64,000 nt of DNA, taken from the NCBI GenBank assembly GCA_004431415.1, contig QPMI01000478.1:124001-188000 (forward strand). The letters run 5' to 3'. Of this stretch, positions 62,686 through 64,000 are shown piece by piece. The stretch is from Cyanophora paradoxa CCMP329. Its lineage: Eukaryota; Plantae; Glaucophyta. Numbering within the stretch: the stretch's first letter is position 1; every line of letters begins with the position of its first letter. Below the pieces are notes generated by a model, which saw only the letters and a program-made list of their open reading frames with translations, had not been told where the DNA came from and ran no database searches. Both the position numbers and the translations under genes were made by a program.

Positions 62686-64000
62686 TTAATTAAAAGGAAC
62701 AGAATTAATACCATCTGGTAAGATGTATCTCTTTGCATCAAAGCAGTTTAGGGCAACCCTTCTACTCACAGTGTCTATTATTGTGTGATCTGCCCTTCTT
62801 TTCTGCTTTGCAGTCACAGTCTTGCTGATACCTGCAAATAAACACTGTTTAAAATCATTAAATTGGAGTTCCTCAGTTGAAGTCCCAGAGAGCTTACTCC
62901 TCTCAATCTCAGCTGTTCTGAAACTGTAAACTTTGGCTCTCAGACCCACATACTCCAGTATAGCAGAACCTGGCATCTCATTTTTGTATTTACCTGGGGT
63001 CATTCTTGAATCACCTCCAAGGTCCAAGGCATAAGATATATTCTCTATATCTTTTTGTAAGGTCTTAGATTCGATATATAGACAGAAGGAATCAGTATCA
63101 TGGAATAGTAACTTTGCTTTTGTCCATTGGGACCTTACAGTATCATAGAAGAACTGGTAATTATGCAGTTTGGCTGCATCCAAAACATAAGCCCCAATTG
63201 CAACAGGCTTATCTAGTTTCACATGCTTTGTGTAAAACTCAAAGGCAACTGCTTTTTCGTTTATGGGGCTTGTTGATTTCACCAATGGAGAGGCTGCATA
63301 TTTCATAAATAGTTTCTCACTGTTTGCAATCTTAACCACAGATCTACCTCTACATGATTCAATGCATTTCCCATAGATTGAATTATTCATGAGCTTATAG
63401 AAATCAGCCTCAAATTTATTCACTGCTTTCCTTCTCATATCAGTGTTCAGCTCAATGTAGGGTTTCATTACAGGAGCCACAGTAAATGATAGGACCCTGT
63501 GAACCTTCTTTAGTTTCATCCCTTTGTCCAACAGATACTGTAGAAGAGGCTCAGAAATCACATAGTTGGTCACAGAACCAAAGGTTGCAGTTAGCTTAGG
63601 GTCTTATCAAGCTCTTCTCCTGAGAGATCTAATAGGCTCTTTTGATATTGTGATAATTCGGCATATTCTACTATTTTCTTGTTAATAATTAGGGGAAATC
63701 ACTGTGGTCTAGATATAGCCTAATTGGGTAATCCAGATCAACTTCCAGGAAACTGGATCTGTTATCTTGTGGGTTGAATTCGGTCTCCCATCTAAAATCA
63801 CCAACTGGAATTGGCTGACTCAAACAGTAGCCATACAAGTTGTTAGCATCAAACAGCATTATATGGGAGTTCTCACCATCAGCCTCAGCATACCTACAAG
63901 GCATTGTTGCAAAGCCACCCCTGATTCCCCTCTCAACAAATTCGTATTGCTCTACATCACTTATAAGCTCTATTTTTGCCTTGGTGGTCCTAAGCATAGC
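62686..64000 (-). CDS. Protein-primed DNA polymerase B (C-terminal part; two apparent frameshifts)
   Basis: ERGIRGG, FDANNLYG, KLMNNSIYGK, HDTDS, YVGLRAKVY; the frame breaks at C runs near 63692-63695 and 63599-63601. Confidence 0.92.

Larger units (their letters stand above)
59039..64000 (-). mobile_element. Polinton/Maverick-like endogenous virus, one end (continues beyond the window)
   Basis: Abrupt shift to AT-rich intronless DNA at about 59040; rve integrase next to a protein-primed PolB; repeat-rich terminal region. Confidence 0.88.

Noticed and set aside
1-64000. Species assignment, rRNA and tRNA genes
   Set aside because: No diagnostic marker or structural RNA was recognisable by eye.

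Overview
Eukaryotic (protist- or alga-like) genomic DNA: GC-rich, with many short GT/GC-AG introns of about 50-80 nt. From left to right: (1) A young gag-only LTR retrotransposon (577-23275, 4-bp TSD GTAT). (2) Its second LTR is split by an 18.1-kb CACTG...CAGTG DNA element (4998-23143, 38-bp TIRs, 3-bp TSD CTT). This element has no recognisable DDE transposase. It carries an apparently intact spliced class-III aminotransferase-like gene between two large tandem arrays that are inverted, diverged homologues of each other and retain splice signals. (3) Host genes: an ABHD/YheT-type hydrolase, an F-box/LRR protein and unknown genes. (4) A gene of over 20 kb on the minus strand for a giant single-pass surface protein (CUB, kelch, repeated Ig-like and propeller-like modules, TM). 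(5) An AT-rich Polinton/Maverick-like element (integrase plus protein-primed PolB) that interrupts that gene and runs off the window. Two mutational signatures stand out: recurrent 6-bp X-rc(X)-X palindromic insertions, and near-total CpG loss in the Polinton genes except in TTCG context. All exon models, alignments and counts were done by eye.
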